From a bacterium (GTDB lineage Bacteria; UBA8248): a stretch of 64,000 bases of DNA. This document shows positions 32,100-41,553 of this stretch, piece by piece (position 1 is the stretch's first letter; the number at the start of each line of letters is the position of its first letter). Under the pieces are notes generated by a model. The model ran no database searches and was not told where the DNA came from. It saw only the letters and a list, made by a program, of their open reading frames with translations. The translations under genes and the position numbers were made by a program. Location of the stretch: assembly GCA_965204535.1 (NCBI GenBank), contig CBDBEV010000001.1, positions 1,856,001-1,920,000 of the forward strand, written 5' to 3'.

Positions 32100-32456
32100 A
32101 TGGATACGGCCGCGAAAAGACTGAGCATCGAGATTACCGACAAGGCGGTGGAGCACGTGAACCGCTTCATGGAGAAAGAAGGGGCGCAGGGCCACGTTCT
32201 CCGCGTCGGCGTGAAGGGAGGAGGCTGCTCCGGGCTTTCCTACGTCCTCCAGTTCGAGGGCGAGGAACGCATCAACCCGCTGATGGATGAGGTGTTCGAG
32301 AAAGACGGCGTCCGCGTGGTCGTGGACAAGAAGAGCCTCTTTTTCCTGGCGGGCACCACGCTGGATTTTGAAGACGGGCTGATGGGCAAGGGGTTTGTGT
32401 TCAAGAACCCCAACGCACGCCAGTCCTGTGGTTGCGGGGAAAGTTTTTCCGCGTAA
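32100..32456 (+). CDS. iscA: A-type Fe-S carrier IscA
   Basis: GGGCSGLSY, NPNARQSCGCGESF. Confidence 0.93.
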   Translation: MDTAAKRLSIEITDKAVEHVNRFMEKEGAQGHVLRVGVKGGGCSGLSYVLQFEGEERINPLMDEVFEKDGVRVVVDKKSLFFLAGTTLDFEDGLMGKGFVFKNPNARQSCGCGESFSA

Positions 32457-32561
32457 CGCAACCGGGATGAAACGCGCCGCGCCCATGCCGCATGGGATAG
32501 CGACGCGTTTTTCTTTTGGGTTCAAATCGCCCGGCGGTTCATGCGGGCCTGGAATCGCGAG

Positions 32562-33203
32562 ATGAGCGAAGCGACGAAAGAAAAGCCCTTTTCCGTATTC
32601 AACGAAGACGGCGAAATAGAAGCCATTCCCGCCGAGGTCGATCATTTCGCCGTGCTCGGGGTTCGGCGAAAGTTCAAGGTCGACGCCGAGTCGCTCGAGT
32701 CCAGGTTCTACGAACTGAATCGCAAGCTCCACCCCGATTTCTTCATGGATGCGCCCGTCGCGGTGCGGATTAGAAGTCTGGATGCGACCGCCCGCATCAA
32801 CGAGGCGTACCAGACCCTCAAGGATCCGATTGCGCGCGTCGTCTACCTCGTGCAACTTGAAAGCGGAAAGCTCGAGGAGAACGAGCGGACGCCCCCGCCC
32901 GAATTGTTCGAGGAGATATTCGAGGCCCAGGAGGCGGCAGAGGAGTTTCAGGGTTGCGTGGACGAAGAGGAAGCCGAGAACTTGCGCGAGCGCTTGAACG
33001 CGGCCATGGGTTGTTTTTCGGCGCTTAAGGACGGCCAGCGCACGGCGCTCGATGGGCTGGGCGCCGCATGGGACCAAGCGGTGGAGGAAGGCGATCCCGC
33101 GCCGCCTGATGTCGTCAGGAAAATGCGCTCCATCCTCGGGCAGAGAAACTACATCGAGAACACCCTCACGAGCCTCAAGCGCGCCCTGGAGGAGAGTGAA
33201 TGA
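32562..33203 (+). CDS. hscB: Fe-S co-chaperone HscB
   Basis: J-domain [15 protein letters not shown]; operon position. Confidence 0.9.
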   Translation: MSEATKEKPFSVFNEDGEIEAIPAEVDHFAVLGVRRKFKVDAESLESRFYELNRKLHPDFFMDAPVAVRIRSLDATARINEAYQTLKDPIARVVYLVQLESGKLEENERTPPPELFEEIFEAQEAAEEFQGCVDEEEAENLRERLNAAMGCFSALKDGQRTALDGLGAAWDQAVEEGDPAPPDVVRKMRSILGQRNYIENTLTSLKRALEESE

Positions 33204-35035
33204 GCGAGATCGTCGGAATCGACCTGGGCACGACGAACAGCCTGGTCGCTTCCGTGTCGGGAGGAGAGCCGGCGATACTCGCGCCCGAGGGCGAGCGCGG
33301 CATCGTGCCCTCCGTGGTGAGCTTTCGCTCCGACCGTGTTTTCACCGGCGATGAGGCGCACGATGAGCGCGTCTCCAACAGCCGGAACACCATCTTTTCC
33401 GTCAAGCGATTCATGGGCAGGGGCTATGAGGACGTGAAGGACGATATGCGCCACTTGCCCTTCGATGCCGACCCCGATGAGCGAGACGTCGTCCATGTGC
33501 TGGCGCAGGGGCGCTCCTACAGCGCGCCCGAAATCAGCGCCCTGGTGCTGAGACGCCTGAAATCCCGAGCGGAGAAAACGCTCGGCCGGCCCGTCCTTCG
33601 GGCGGTGGTCACGGTGCCCGCGTATTTCAACGACGCGCAGCGCCAGGCGACGAAAGACGCGGGCAAACTCGCGGGCCTCGAAGTGCTCCGCATCATCAAC
33701 GAACCCACGGCGGCTTCTCTCGCCTATGGTCTTCACGAGCGGAACCGGGGCGTCGTCGCGGTCTACGACCTGGGCGGTGGCACGTTCGACATTTCGCTCC
33801 TGCGGATCAAGGACGGCGTGTTCGAGGTGCTCGCCACCGGCGGCGACACCCACCTGGGCGGAGACGATTTCGATCAGGCGATCTCTCTCCATATCCAGAA
33901 AGAAATCCTTGAACAGCACGGCGTGGATTTGAGCGAGACGCCCGAGGCGCTGGCCGAACTGACGCTTCTGGCCGAAAACGTCAAAAAGACGCTCTCGGAG
34001 GGCGATTCCACGGAGTACGTCATCGAAAACCCCGGCGGCGTTCCGCTCGCTCACAAGGGGAGCCTCACGCGGGAAGAGATGGAGGCGCTTCTCTGGCCCA
34101 TCGCCCAGCGTACGCTGGCGCCTTGCAAGCGCGCGCTTGCGGACGCGGGTCTCTCGCCCGGGGAGGTGGACGAGGTCGTTCTGGTGGGCGGGTCCACCCG
34201 CATGCCCCTCATACGCCGGATGGTGGAGGAGTTGTTCGAAAAGCGCCCGCATGCGGACCTGGACCCCGACGAAGTGGTGGCCCTGGGCGCGGCGGTGCAG
34301 GCGGATATCCTGGCGGGCGGCAGAAAGGACATGCTGCTCCTCGACGTGACGCCGCTTTCTTTGGGCATCGAGACGATGGGCGGCGTGATGGGATGGATCA
34401 TTCCGCGCAACACCACCATCCCCACGAGCGCGAGGGAGACCTACACCACCTTCAAGGACAACCAGACGGGCGTGGACATCCACGTGCTCCAGGGCGAGCG
34501 CGAACTGGTGAAGGACAACCGCTCGCTCGCGCGTTTCCGCTTAGCGGTCGACCCGGCGCCCGCCGGCCTCGCCCGGGTAGAGGTGACGTTTCTGCTCGAC
34601 GCGAACGGCATCCTGAACGTGACGGCCCGGGACCTCAAGAGCGGCAAGGCGGCCTCGGTGGAGGTGCAGCCTTCTTATGGGCTGACGGACGAGCAGGTCG
34701 AGCGCATGCTCATCGAATCTTTCGAACACGCCGAGCAGGACATCCGCTCCCGCCAGGTTCTGGACGCGAGAACCGAGGCGGAGACCATCCTCATGGCGGC
34801 GGCCCGCGCGATGAACGATTATGGAGAGGACGCCGTCTCTCCCGAGGAGCGCGCGAAGATTCAAGAAGCCGTGAGCGCGCTCGAAGAAGCCTGCCGGGGC
34901 GAGGACGCGGGCCTAATTCGCGATATGGTCGACGCGCTCAACGAAGTGACGATGCCGCTCGCAGAGCGGATGATGGATAATGTTTTGAAATCTGCCTTGG
35001 AGAACAAGAGGGTGAGTGAAGCCCTCAAAGACTAG
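33200..35035 (+). CDS. hscA: Fe-S chaperone HscA (Hsp70 family)
   Basis: [29 protein letters not shown]; operon position. Confidence 0.92.
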   Translation: MSEIVGIDLGTTNSLVASVSGGEPAILAPEGERGIVPSVVSFRSDRVFTGDEAHDERVSNSRNTIFSVKRFMGRGYEDVKDDMRHLPFDADPDERDVVHVLAQGRSYSAPEISALVLRRLKSRAEKTLGRPVLRAVVTVPAYFNDAQRQATKDAGKLAGLEVLRIINEPTAASLAYGLHERNRGVVAVYDLGGGTFDISLLRIKDGVFEVLATGGDTHLGGDDFDQAISLHIQKEILEQHGVDLSETPEALAELTLLAENVKKTLSEGDSTEYVIENPGGVPLAHKGSLTREEMEALLWPIAQRTLAPCKRALADAGLSPGEVDEVVLVGGSTRMPLIRRMVEELFEKRPHADLDPDEVVALGAAVQADILAGGRKDMLLLDVTPLSLGIETMGGVMGWIIPRNTTIPTSARETYTTFKDNQTGVDIHVLQGERELVKDNRSLARFRLAVDPAPAGLARVEVTFLLDANGILNVTARDLKSGKAASVEVQPSYGLTDEQVERMLIESFEHAEQDIRSRQVLDARTEAETILMAAARAMNDYGEDAVSPEERAKIQEAVSALEEACRGEDAGLIRDMVDALNEVTMPLAERMMDNVLKSALENKRVSEALKD

Positions 35036-35074
35036 TAACCGCGGGGAGATTCCAGCGGGACGCAGGGGAAGAAA

Positions 35075-35431
35075 ATGGCGAAACTACATTTCACGGAAGA
35101 GAAACAGACGTTAGAGATCCACGTGGGCGAGAACATTCTCGAAGTGGCGCTTGAAAACGGCTTCGACCTGGATCATGCCTGCGGCGGCGTGTGCGCCTGC
35201 TCGACGTGCCACGTGAAGATCCGCACGGGCGCCGATTCGTTCAACGAGTCCACCGAGGATGAGGAAGATCAGCTCGACGACGCGCGCGACGTTGACCTCG
35301 ACAGCCGGCTGGCCTGCCAGGCGACGCTGGAGTCCGACACGGACGAGGTCATCGAGATCGAGGTGCCGTTCTGGAACGTGAACCTCGTGCAGGAAGGCCC
35401 GGACGCGGCCCGCGAACAACACGCCCATTAG
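35075..35431 (+). CDS. fdx: ISC [2Fe-2S] ferredoxin
   Basis: HACGGVCACSTCH...SRLACQ. Confidence 0.93.
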   Translation: MAKLHFTEEKQTLEIHVGENILEVALENGFDLDHACGGVCACSTCHVKIRTGADSFNESTEDEEDQLDDARDVDLDSRLACQATLESDTDEVIEIEVPFWNVNLVQEGPDAAREQHAH

Positions 35432-35456
35432 AAAATTCGGTTCAGGAGAGAAACTG

Positions 35457-35675
35457 GTGGACACGTTCGGCTGGGAAGACGCCGAGGACATCGGCATAGC
35501 GCTGTACGAGAAATTTCCGAAGATAGACCCGCTTTCCGTGCGTTTCACGGATCTGCACGAGTGGGTGTGCGAGCTCGAGGAGTTCGACGACGAGCCGATG
35601 TCCTCGACGGAGGGCAAGCTCGAAGCCATCCAGATGGCGTGGCTCGAAGAATACAAGGATGCGCAGGGAGATTAG
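35457..35675 (+). CDS. iscX: Fe-S assembly protein IscX
   Basis: WEDAEDI...DPLSVRFTDL...LEAIQMAWLEE. Confidence 0.92.
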   Translation: MDTFGWEDAEDIGIALYEKFPKIDPLSVRFTDLHEWVCELEEFDDEPMSSTEGKLEAIQMAWLEEYKDAQGD

Positions 35676-35765
35676 TTTTTCCCTTCTCGTTTGATGAGGG
35701 CGCGGCCTTACGGCCCAGACCATTGTCGGCTCATACGCAGCAGAGATTGATTCGAGGCGATTGAC

Positions 35766-36575
35766 GTGAGCGAAGAACAACGCGCGGACGGAAAAATACT
35801 CCTCTCCCGCAAGGACGCGGTGGCGACGATCACCTTTAACGCGCCCGAGCGGCTGAACGCCATCGAGTATGAGATGTGGGTGGAAATCGGCAGCCTCATG
35901 CCCGAACTCGACGCGGACGATTCGGTGCGCGCCGTCGTCTTCCGGGGCGCCGGCGAGCGCGCCTTCTCCGCCGGGGCGGACATCTCGCGCTTCAAGCAGG
36001 AGCGCTACAGTTCCGCGCAAGCCAAACACTTCTCGGAAACGGGATTCTTGCGCGGCCTGGACGCCGTGGACGCCTTCTCGAAACCCGTCATCTGTCTCAT
36101 TCGCGGCGCCTGCGTGGGGGGAGGCGTAGAGCTTGCCGCCGCCACGGATTTGCGGGTCGCGGGCGAGAGCTCGCGCTTCGGCATACCGGTCGCCAAACTC
36201 GGTCTCGTGGCGGGCTATTCCGAACTGAGGCGTTTCGTATACTCCATCGGCCCCGCGCGCACCCTGGACATGCTGCTCACCGCCAAGCTCTTCACGGCCC
36301 GGGAGATGCTCGACGCCGGCTTTCTGGCGCGCGTCGTGCCGGACGAGGAGGTGGAGGCCGCGGCGTATGAGATGGCCGAGCGCATCGTTTCCCTGGCGCC
36401 CCTCGTTCACAAGTGGCACAAGAGCTTTGTGAAGAAAGTGTTGCTGGACCCGGGCCTCTCCACTCTCACCGAAGAAGAAAAATCGCGCGAGGTCGCCTGC
36501 TTCGACACCGAAGATTTCCGAGAGGGCGTGGAGGCTTTCCTGAACAAACGCGCGCCTGAATTCCGGGGAAAATAG
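35766..36575 (+). CDS. Enoyl-CoA hydratase/isomerase family protein
   Basis: FSAGADI, GACVGGGVEL, FGIPVAKLG, DFREGVEAFLNKR. Confidence 0.9.
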   Translation: MSEEQRADGKILLSRKDAVATITFNAPERLNAIEYEMWVEIGSLMPELDADDSVRAVVFRGAGERAFSAGADISRFKQERYSSAQAKHFSETGFLRGLDAVDAFSKPVICLIRGACVGGGVELAAATDLRVAGESSRFGIPVAKLGLVAGYSELRRFVYSIGPARTLDMLLTAKLFTAREMLDAGFLARVVPDEEVEAAAYEMAERIVSLAPLVHKWHKSFVKKVLLDPGLSTLTEEEKSREVACFDTEDFREGVEAFLNKRAPEFRGK

Positions 36576-36580
36576 AACAG

Positions 36581-37783
36581 ATGAGCCGGAAGACGGGAGG
36601 CCCGCTCGAGGGCGTTCGCGTGCTGGAGGTCTGCCAGGTGATGGCGGGCCCGTTCTGCGGGTGCCTGCTGGCGGATATGGGCGCGGACGTCATCAAGATC
36701 GAAAACCCCGACGGCGGCGACAGCGCGCGCCGGCTGGGCCGCTACTACGACGGCGGCGAAGCCCACGGCTTCATGAACCTGAACCGCAACAAGCGCAGCT
36801 TGGCGGTGGACATGAAGACGCCCGAAGGCGTCGCGCTCATGAAAGAACTCGCCCAAAAAGTCGACGTGTTCGTCGAGAACATACGGCCCGGCATCATGAC
36901 CAGGCTCGGCCTGGGCTATGAGGACTTGAAAGAACTGAATCCGGGCCTCGTATACGCCTCCATCTCCGGTTACGGCGATACGGGGCCTTTCGCGGGCAAG
37001 GGCGGGTTCGACCTGGTCTCGCAGGGCCTCTCGAGCCTCATGAGCTTCACGGGAGAGCCGGGCGGCGCGCCCGCGAAGATACCCGTGCCGATTTGCGACC
37101 TGAACGCAGGCATGTACACGGCGCTCTCCATCCTCTCCGCCTATATCCACAAGCAGCGCACGGGCGAAGGACAGCGCATCGACATGGCGCTGACCGACGC
37201 AGGCCTCGGCTACACCTTCTGGCAGGCATCGCAGTTCTTCCCCTCAGGCGAGCCGCCGGAACCGCTCGGCTCAGCCCACGAGATGACGGCGCCCTACCAG
37301 GCCTTTCAGTGCAAGGACGGCTATCTGGCCCTGGGCGCCGCCAACCAGAGGAACTGGGAGCTTTTCTGCGGGACCATCGGGCGCGAAGACCTCCTGGAGC
37401 GTGAGGAATACGCGAGCGACGGCTTGAGGCGCGAGAACTATCTCGCACTCGCGAGCGAACTCGAAACGGTGTTCATCGAAAAGACGCGCGACGAGTGGGT
37501 GGCGCTTCTGGATTCGGGCGGTATCCCCTGCGGGCCGATCCTGAACATGGCGGAGACTTTTGCGCATCCGCAAATTCAGGCCAGGGAGATGAGCGTCGAT
37601 ATGGAACATCCCGCGGCGGGCCCGATCCAGGTTCTGGGTTTCCCGCCCAAGCTGTCTCGGACGCGCGTCGGCGTGAGGACGCCCGCGCCCCTGCTGGGCG
37701 AGCACACCGACGAGGTGCTGCGCGAGTTCGGAACGAGTGAGGATGAAATAAAGAGCCTCCGAGAAGCGGGCGTCGTGGCCTGA
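36581..37783 (+). CDS. CaiB/BaiF family III CoA transferase
   Basis: GPLEGVRVL, LADMGADVIKIE, NRNKRS, APLLGEHT. Confidence 0.92.
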   Translation: MSRKTGGPLEGVRVLEVCQVMAGPFCGCLLADMGADVIKIENPDGGDSARRLGRYYDGGEAHGFMNLNRNKRSLAVDMKTPEGVALMKELAQKVDVFVENIRPGIMTRLGLGYEDLKELNPGLVYASISGYGDTGPFAGKGGFDLVSQGLSSLMSFTGEPGGAPAKIPVPICDLNAGMYTALSILSAYIHKQRTGEGQRIDMALTDAGLGYTFWQASQFFPSGEPPEPLGSAHEMTAPYQAFQCKDGYLALGAANQRNWELFCGTIGREDLLEREEYASDGLRRENYLALASELETVFIEKTRDEWVALLDSGGIPCGPILNMAETFAHPQIQAREMSVDMEHPAAGPIQVLGFPPKLSRTRVGVRTPAPLLGEHTDEVLREFGTSEDEIKSLREAGVVA

Positions 37784-37787
37784 GCGC

Positions 37788-38501
37788 ATGGCCAAACCGC
37801 CGCCGCCCCTCTCCCCCGGCGTCTATCTCGTCGCCACCCCGATCGGCAATCTCGAAGACATCACGGAACGCGCTTTCAGGGTCTTGCGCGAGTGCGACCT
37901 CATCGCGTGCGAGGACACGCGCCACACGGGCAGGCTGCTCTCACGCCTCGGCATCAAGAAACCGCTCCTAAGCTATCACGAACACAACGAGGCGAGGCGC
38001 GCGGGCGAGCTGGCCGGGCGCGCGCTTGGGGGCGAGTGCGTCGCCGTGGTGTCCGACGCGGGCACGCCGGGGGTTTCCGATCCCGCCTACCGGGTGGTGC
38101 GCGCCGCGATAGAGGCGGGCGTCCAGGTCGTTCCCGTACCCGGCGCATCTTCCGTTCTCGCCGCGCTCACCGCCTCGGGTCTTCCCACCGACAGCTTCGT
38201 CTTCGAGGGGTTTCTTCCCTCCAAGGGCCGGAAGAGACTTCAAAAGATTGAAGCGCTGCTCGATGAGGAGCGCACGGTCGTCCTGTTCGAATCCCCCCAC
38301 AGAACGCCAAGGCTCGTGAGCGAGATCGCCGCCATCGCTCCCGCGCGGCCCTTGGCCCTTGCGCGCGAGATCACGAAACTGCACGAGGAAATCCTGAGGG
38401 ATGGGGCGCAGGCTCTTGCCGAAGCGATCAAGGACAAGAAAATCAGGGGCGAGTGCGTCCTCCTCATCGGGCCGAAGCGGATGGAAAAGACGGACGATTG
38501 A
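37788..38501 (+). CDS. rsmI: 16S rRNA C1402 2'-O-methyltransferase RsmI
   Basis: VATPIGNLEDIT, CEDTR, SDAGTPGVSDP, REITKLHEE. Confidence 0.95.
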   Translation: MAKPPPPLSPGVYLVATPIGNLEDITERAFRVLRECDLIACEDTRHTGRLLSRLGIKKPLLSYHEHNEARRAGELAGRALGGECVAVVSDAGTPGVSDPAYRVVRAAIEAGVQVVPVPGASSVLAALTASGLPTDSFVFEGFLPSKGRKRLQKIEALLDEERTVVLFESPHRTPRLVSEIAAIAPARPLALAREITKLHEEILRDGAQALAEAIKDKKIRGECVLLIGPKRMEKTDD

Positions 38502-38579
38502 GGGCGGAAGGCAGCCCCGCGCGATTTGTTGTATGCTCTCTCTTTCCTCATTGCCTGCCATATTTTCAGGAGACACGTC

Positions 38580-39449
38580 ATGACGCGCCCACACGTCACA
38601 AAAATTGCAGCGCTCACCCTTGCGGCCTTTCTCGCTCTCGGCGTCTCGGCGTCCGCCGCGCCCAAGAGCGGCTCGAAGGCGGCTGAGGAGAGCATCGTCG
38701 CGCACGTCGGAGGAATGCCGATAACGCTCGGGGCATTCAACGCCTTCATCCACCAGTTGCCCGCCAACATGCAGGCCCAGGCGGATGCGAACAAGGCGGC
38801 GTTCCTGGAGGCCCTCATTCAGCGCAGGCTCATGCTCCGGCATGCGGATGAGAGTAATTTTCTGGGCATCGAGCGGGTGAAGATGCAAATCGATCGAGCG
38901 CGGCGCGAGATTCTCATCGGCGAGGCCCTCCGCAGGATCGAGGAGGGCGCGCGGCCCAAGGCGTCCGATATTCGCGCGGAGTATGAGCGCAACAAGGTGA
39001 AATACACGGAGGGGGGCAAGGTCACCGCGGCGCACATCATGGTCTCGTCCGAGAAAGAGGCGAAGGATCTGCTGGCGAAGATCGCCGGGGGAGAGGATTT
39101 CGCCGAACTGGCGAAGAAGTATTCCCTGGCGCCCGAGCGCGCGCTCGGCGGGAGCCTGGGCGAGATGAGCCGGGGCCACAGCAAGAGGACGGGCCTGCCC
39201 GAGATAATCGAGCAGACGGCGTTCGCACTCGATCCGGGCGCGCACAGCGGTGTCGTGCAGAGCATCTACGGCTGGCACGTCGTGAAAACCTCCAAGAAGG
39301 AGGGGGCCAAGCAGCTCGATTTCTCGGAAGTGGCGGAGAAAATCACCAAGGAGATGGGCGAGCGCAACAGGCAGGAAGCGATGCGCCAGAAGTTTATCGA
39401 ACTCACCGAACGCTACGAGGTGAAGCGGTATCTCGAAAACCTGAAATAA
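38580..39449 (+). CDS. PpiC-type peptidyl-prolyl isomerase (PrsA/SurA-like)
   Basis: Signal peptide; AAHIMV, GEDFAELAKKYS, GGSLG, YGWHVV. Confidence 0.88.
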   Translation: MTRPHVTKIAALTLAAFLALGVSASAAPKSGSKAAEESIVAHVGGMPITLGAFNAFIHQLPANMQAQADANKAAFLEALIQRRLMLRHADESNFLGIERVKMQIDRARREILIGEALRRIEEGARPKASDIRAEYERNKVKYTEGGKVTAAHIMVSSEKEAKDLLAKIAGGEDFAELAKKYSLAPERALGGSLGEMSRGHSKRTGLPEIIEQTAFALDPGAHSGVVQSIYGWHVVKTSKKEGAKQLDFSEVAEKITKEMGERNRQEAMRQKFIELTERYEVKRYLENLK

Positions 39450-39455
39450 CGGCCC

Positions 39456-39511
39456 CTACCTCGGCTCCAGGCCGTGTTTTTTCATGTAGGCCTGCAGCCA
39501 GAGCGCGAGGG
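39456..39511 (-). repeat. 56-bp direct repeat, displaced copy of the MFS gene 3' end
   Basis: 53/56 identical to 41554-41609; both encode ...LALWLQAYMKKHGLEPR-stop. Confidence 0.9.
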
Positions 39512-39514
39512 CTA

Positions 39515-40396
39515 TCATTCTGGTTTCCAAGGCAGGTTCCGATAAAATTCCAAGATGCGGGCGAAACAGCGCTCAAAATCCGGCACTTCGCCTAACTCCA
39601 ATTTCATCGTTTGCCACTCTGCGCGAGACCTTGTTTTGACCTCGGGGTCGTCTAGGGACGAACGTGTCGGCTCTATACGGCGCGACCGGCATTTCGCAAT
39701 GAAAACATCCAGGATTTGCGTGCGGAGAATGTCATCGATCCGATGCATTCTAAGCAGCAAATCGAGATCATAGACATCTTGTCGCCGGTTACGCCTTCGT
39801 GGCACTTGTTGAAGCATAGCGCGATATTTTTCGGCGATGAGATCGACGAGGCCATAAGCTTGCAGCTCCTGTCCACCGGTTAGTTCTAATACTTGGATAT
39901 GTTGCAAGGTTTCGTTGAATGAAATATCTAGGTCAATCACCTCAGAAACTTTGTCCTCCAAAAGCCTCATTTCTTGTTTTGTCCCTCGGCGCGCATAAGC
40001 GATTTTGAGTTTTAGGGCGGGGAAATCCGCTGTTTCAAAGATTGTTTTCTTAGGCATCTTTTTTGCCGAGTGAGTTTTAAGGACGAGGTCGGCATAACCC
40101 AGCGCTGCGGCCGCGCGAGGGAAAGCTGAATCCAATAGTGTTTTGACCCTGTCTGCGGTTTCGCTTCGGGCCATAAGATTTGTCGACATATCGATGTCGG
40201 TTGTTTGCCTTGGGCTGTCATAGGCGAGACCCATGAGAATGCCGCCTTTCAGGAACATCTTTGCGTTAAGGGGGACCGTCATCGCTATAGCGTTGAGGAC
40301 TATTTCCACCGTCTGGCGTTGCTGGTAGGCGACCGGGTCGGCCTTCGCATTTTCGACCCACCTGGCAACGTCAATTTTAAGATTGGGTTCAGGCAT
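39515..40396 (-). CDS. AbiEii/AbiGii family nucleotidyltransferase toxin
   Basis: FLKGG...RQTTDID, IAEKYRA, RRQDVYDL motifs. Confidence 0.85.
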   Translation of the reverse strand: MPEPNLKIDVARWVENAKADPVAYQQRQTVEIVLNAIAMTVPLNAKMFLKGGILMGLAYDSPRQTTDIDMSTNLMARSETADRVKTLLDSAFPRAAAALGYADLVLKTHSAKKMPKKTIFETADFPALKLKIAYARRGTKQEMRLLEDKVSEVIDLDISFNETLQHIQVLELTGGQELQAYGLVDLIAEKYRAMLQQVPRRRNRRQDVYDLDLLLRMHRIDDILRTQILDVFIAKCRSRRIEPTRSSLDDPEVKTRSRAEWQTMKLELGEVPDFERCFARILEFYRNLPWKPE

Positions 40397-41297
40397 TGAG
40401 GGAAATCATCCATTTTTCTGAATAGGTCGGCGCAAAGGCCTTGGCCGGATCGAGCTTGCGACTACCGCCGCGCTGAGCGCATGATTGCCAGCGCTCTATT
40501 TCGCGGTGATGCAACCCTAACCGTTCTTCAAGGATGTAGCCGGCCCGGCTTTTGACGATCCCGCTTTTGGCGGTCCCGACCGATGCGACAATTTCGCTGA
40601 AATAGGTTTCAGCGTGTTCTTCCCAAATATCGAGAACATGCGACATCCCCCCGCAAAGATCGGGTCTTTGAAGCATGTCGAGGAAAGTTTGTCCGATAGT
40701 CGAGAGAGACACTCCATCCCCCCGGTTCTTCAAAAACGCCCCTGCGGTTTTGCTTTCATGAACGTGGACGGCCCGCCTTCGGACACGAGCGGGATGACCG
40801 ACGATCTTCAGCGGAAAGAGATTGGTTTCTCCTGTTCCCAGAATTTTCGACGTGTGTGCTTTTAAGTGGGTTATGGCGGTCTTGCGATCCGGGCGCGTCA
40901 GCATCAGGGCATCCGGTCTTCGGTCGGTGAGTCCCCACCGCTGCATAGCGGAGAGATGGGAAATGTAGCATGTCGGATCGACGAGGCAGACGATGCCTTC
41001 AGCCGGAAGGTCCGAAACGGCCAACACCCTGATGATGCGCGCGCCATAATCCCGATCAGGCCCGATTACGCCTTGCCTATTCAAGTTTGACCTGAGACGA
41101 AAGCAGTCTGCCCGGCTAGGAGTATCGTGGCGCAGATATAGTTTCTTGTCGGGTGATTCTCGGTACATTTGGCGAATGATTTGCAAAAAATCGAGCTGGG
41201 TCAGAACCGGCTTGTTGTTTTCTTCGAGCAAGCCTGCCAGGTAGCTGGTGGCTCGGGTCGGTTTTCCTTTATATGCTCCCGGAGAGTATACCGCCAT
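40389..41297 (-). CDS. AbiEi-like type IV antitoxin/transcriptional regulator
   Basis: YISHLSAMQRWGLT, TFLDML.RPDLCGG, RAGYILE; overlaps the toxin start. Confidence 0.8.
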   Translation of the reverse strand: MAVYSPGAYKGKPTRATSYLAGLLEENNKPVLTQLDFLQIIRQMYRESPDKKLYLRHDTPSRADCFRLRSNLNRQGVIGPDRDYGARIIRVLAVSDLPAEGIVCLVDPTCYISHLSAMQRWGLTDRRPDALMLTRPDRKTAITHLKAHTSKILGTGETNLFPLKIVGHPARVRRRAVHVHESKTAGAFLKNRGDGVSLSTIGQTFLDMLQRPDLCGGMSHVLDIWEEHAETYFSEIVASVGTAKSGIVKSRAGYILEERLGLHHREIERWQSCAQRGGSRKLDPAKAFAPTYSEKWMISLNA

Positions 41298-41325
41298 TAT
41301 CTCACGTCTTATATGGAATTGAAAA

Positions 41326-41465
41326 ATTCGGCATGGTAAACGTCCTAAGGACGTTTACCATGCCGAATATAATAAAGTCAAGGCACTCAGCGACTAAAAA
41401 GAGCCATTTTCAAAAATGTAATATAACCTTATGTATACGTCCTTAGGACGTATACATAAGGTTAT
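41326..41465. promoter_or_regulatory. Two perfect 43-bp palindromes (candidate operators) with minus-strand promoters
   Basis: 41326-41368 and 41423-41465, each with 21-bp arms and a 1-nt centre; shared core ACGTCCTWAGGACGT; each preceded on the minus strand by TTGAC. Confidence 0.8.
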
Positions 41466-41553
41466 TATATATGTCAAGTTTTATATGCTGTGAATTAGTG
41501 AATAGCGACAAAGCAATAATATATCTGATACGGCCAGCAAAAGATGGCAATTA

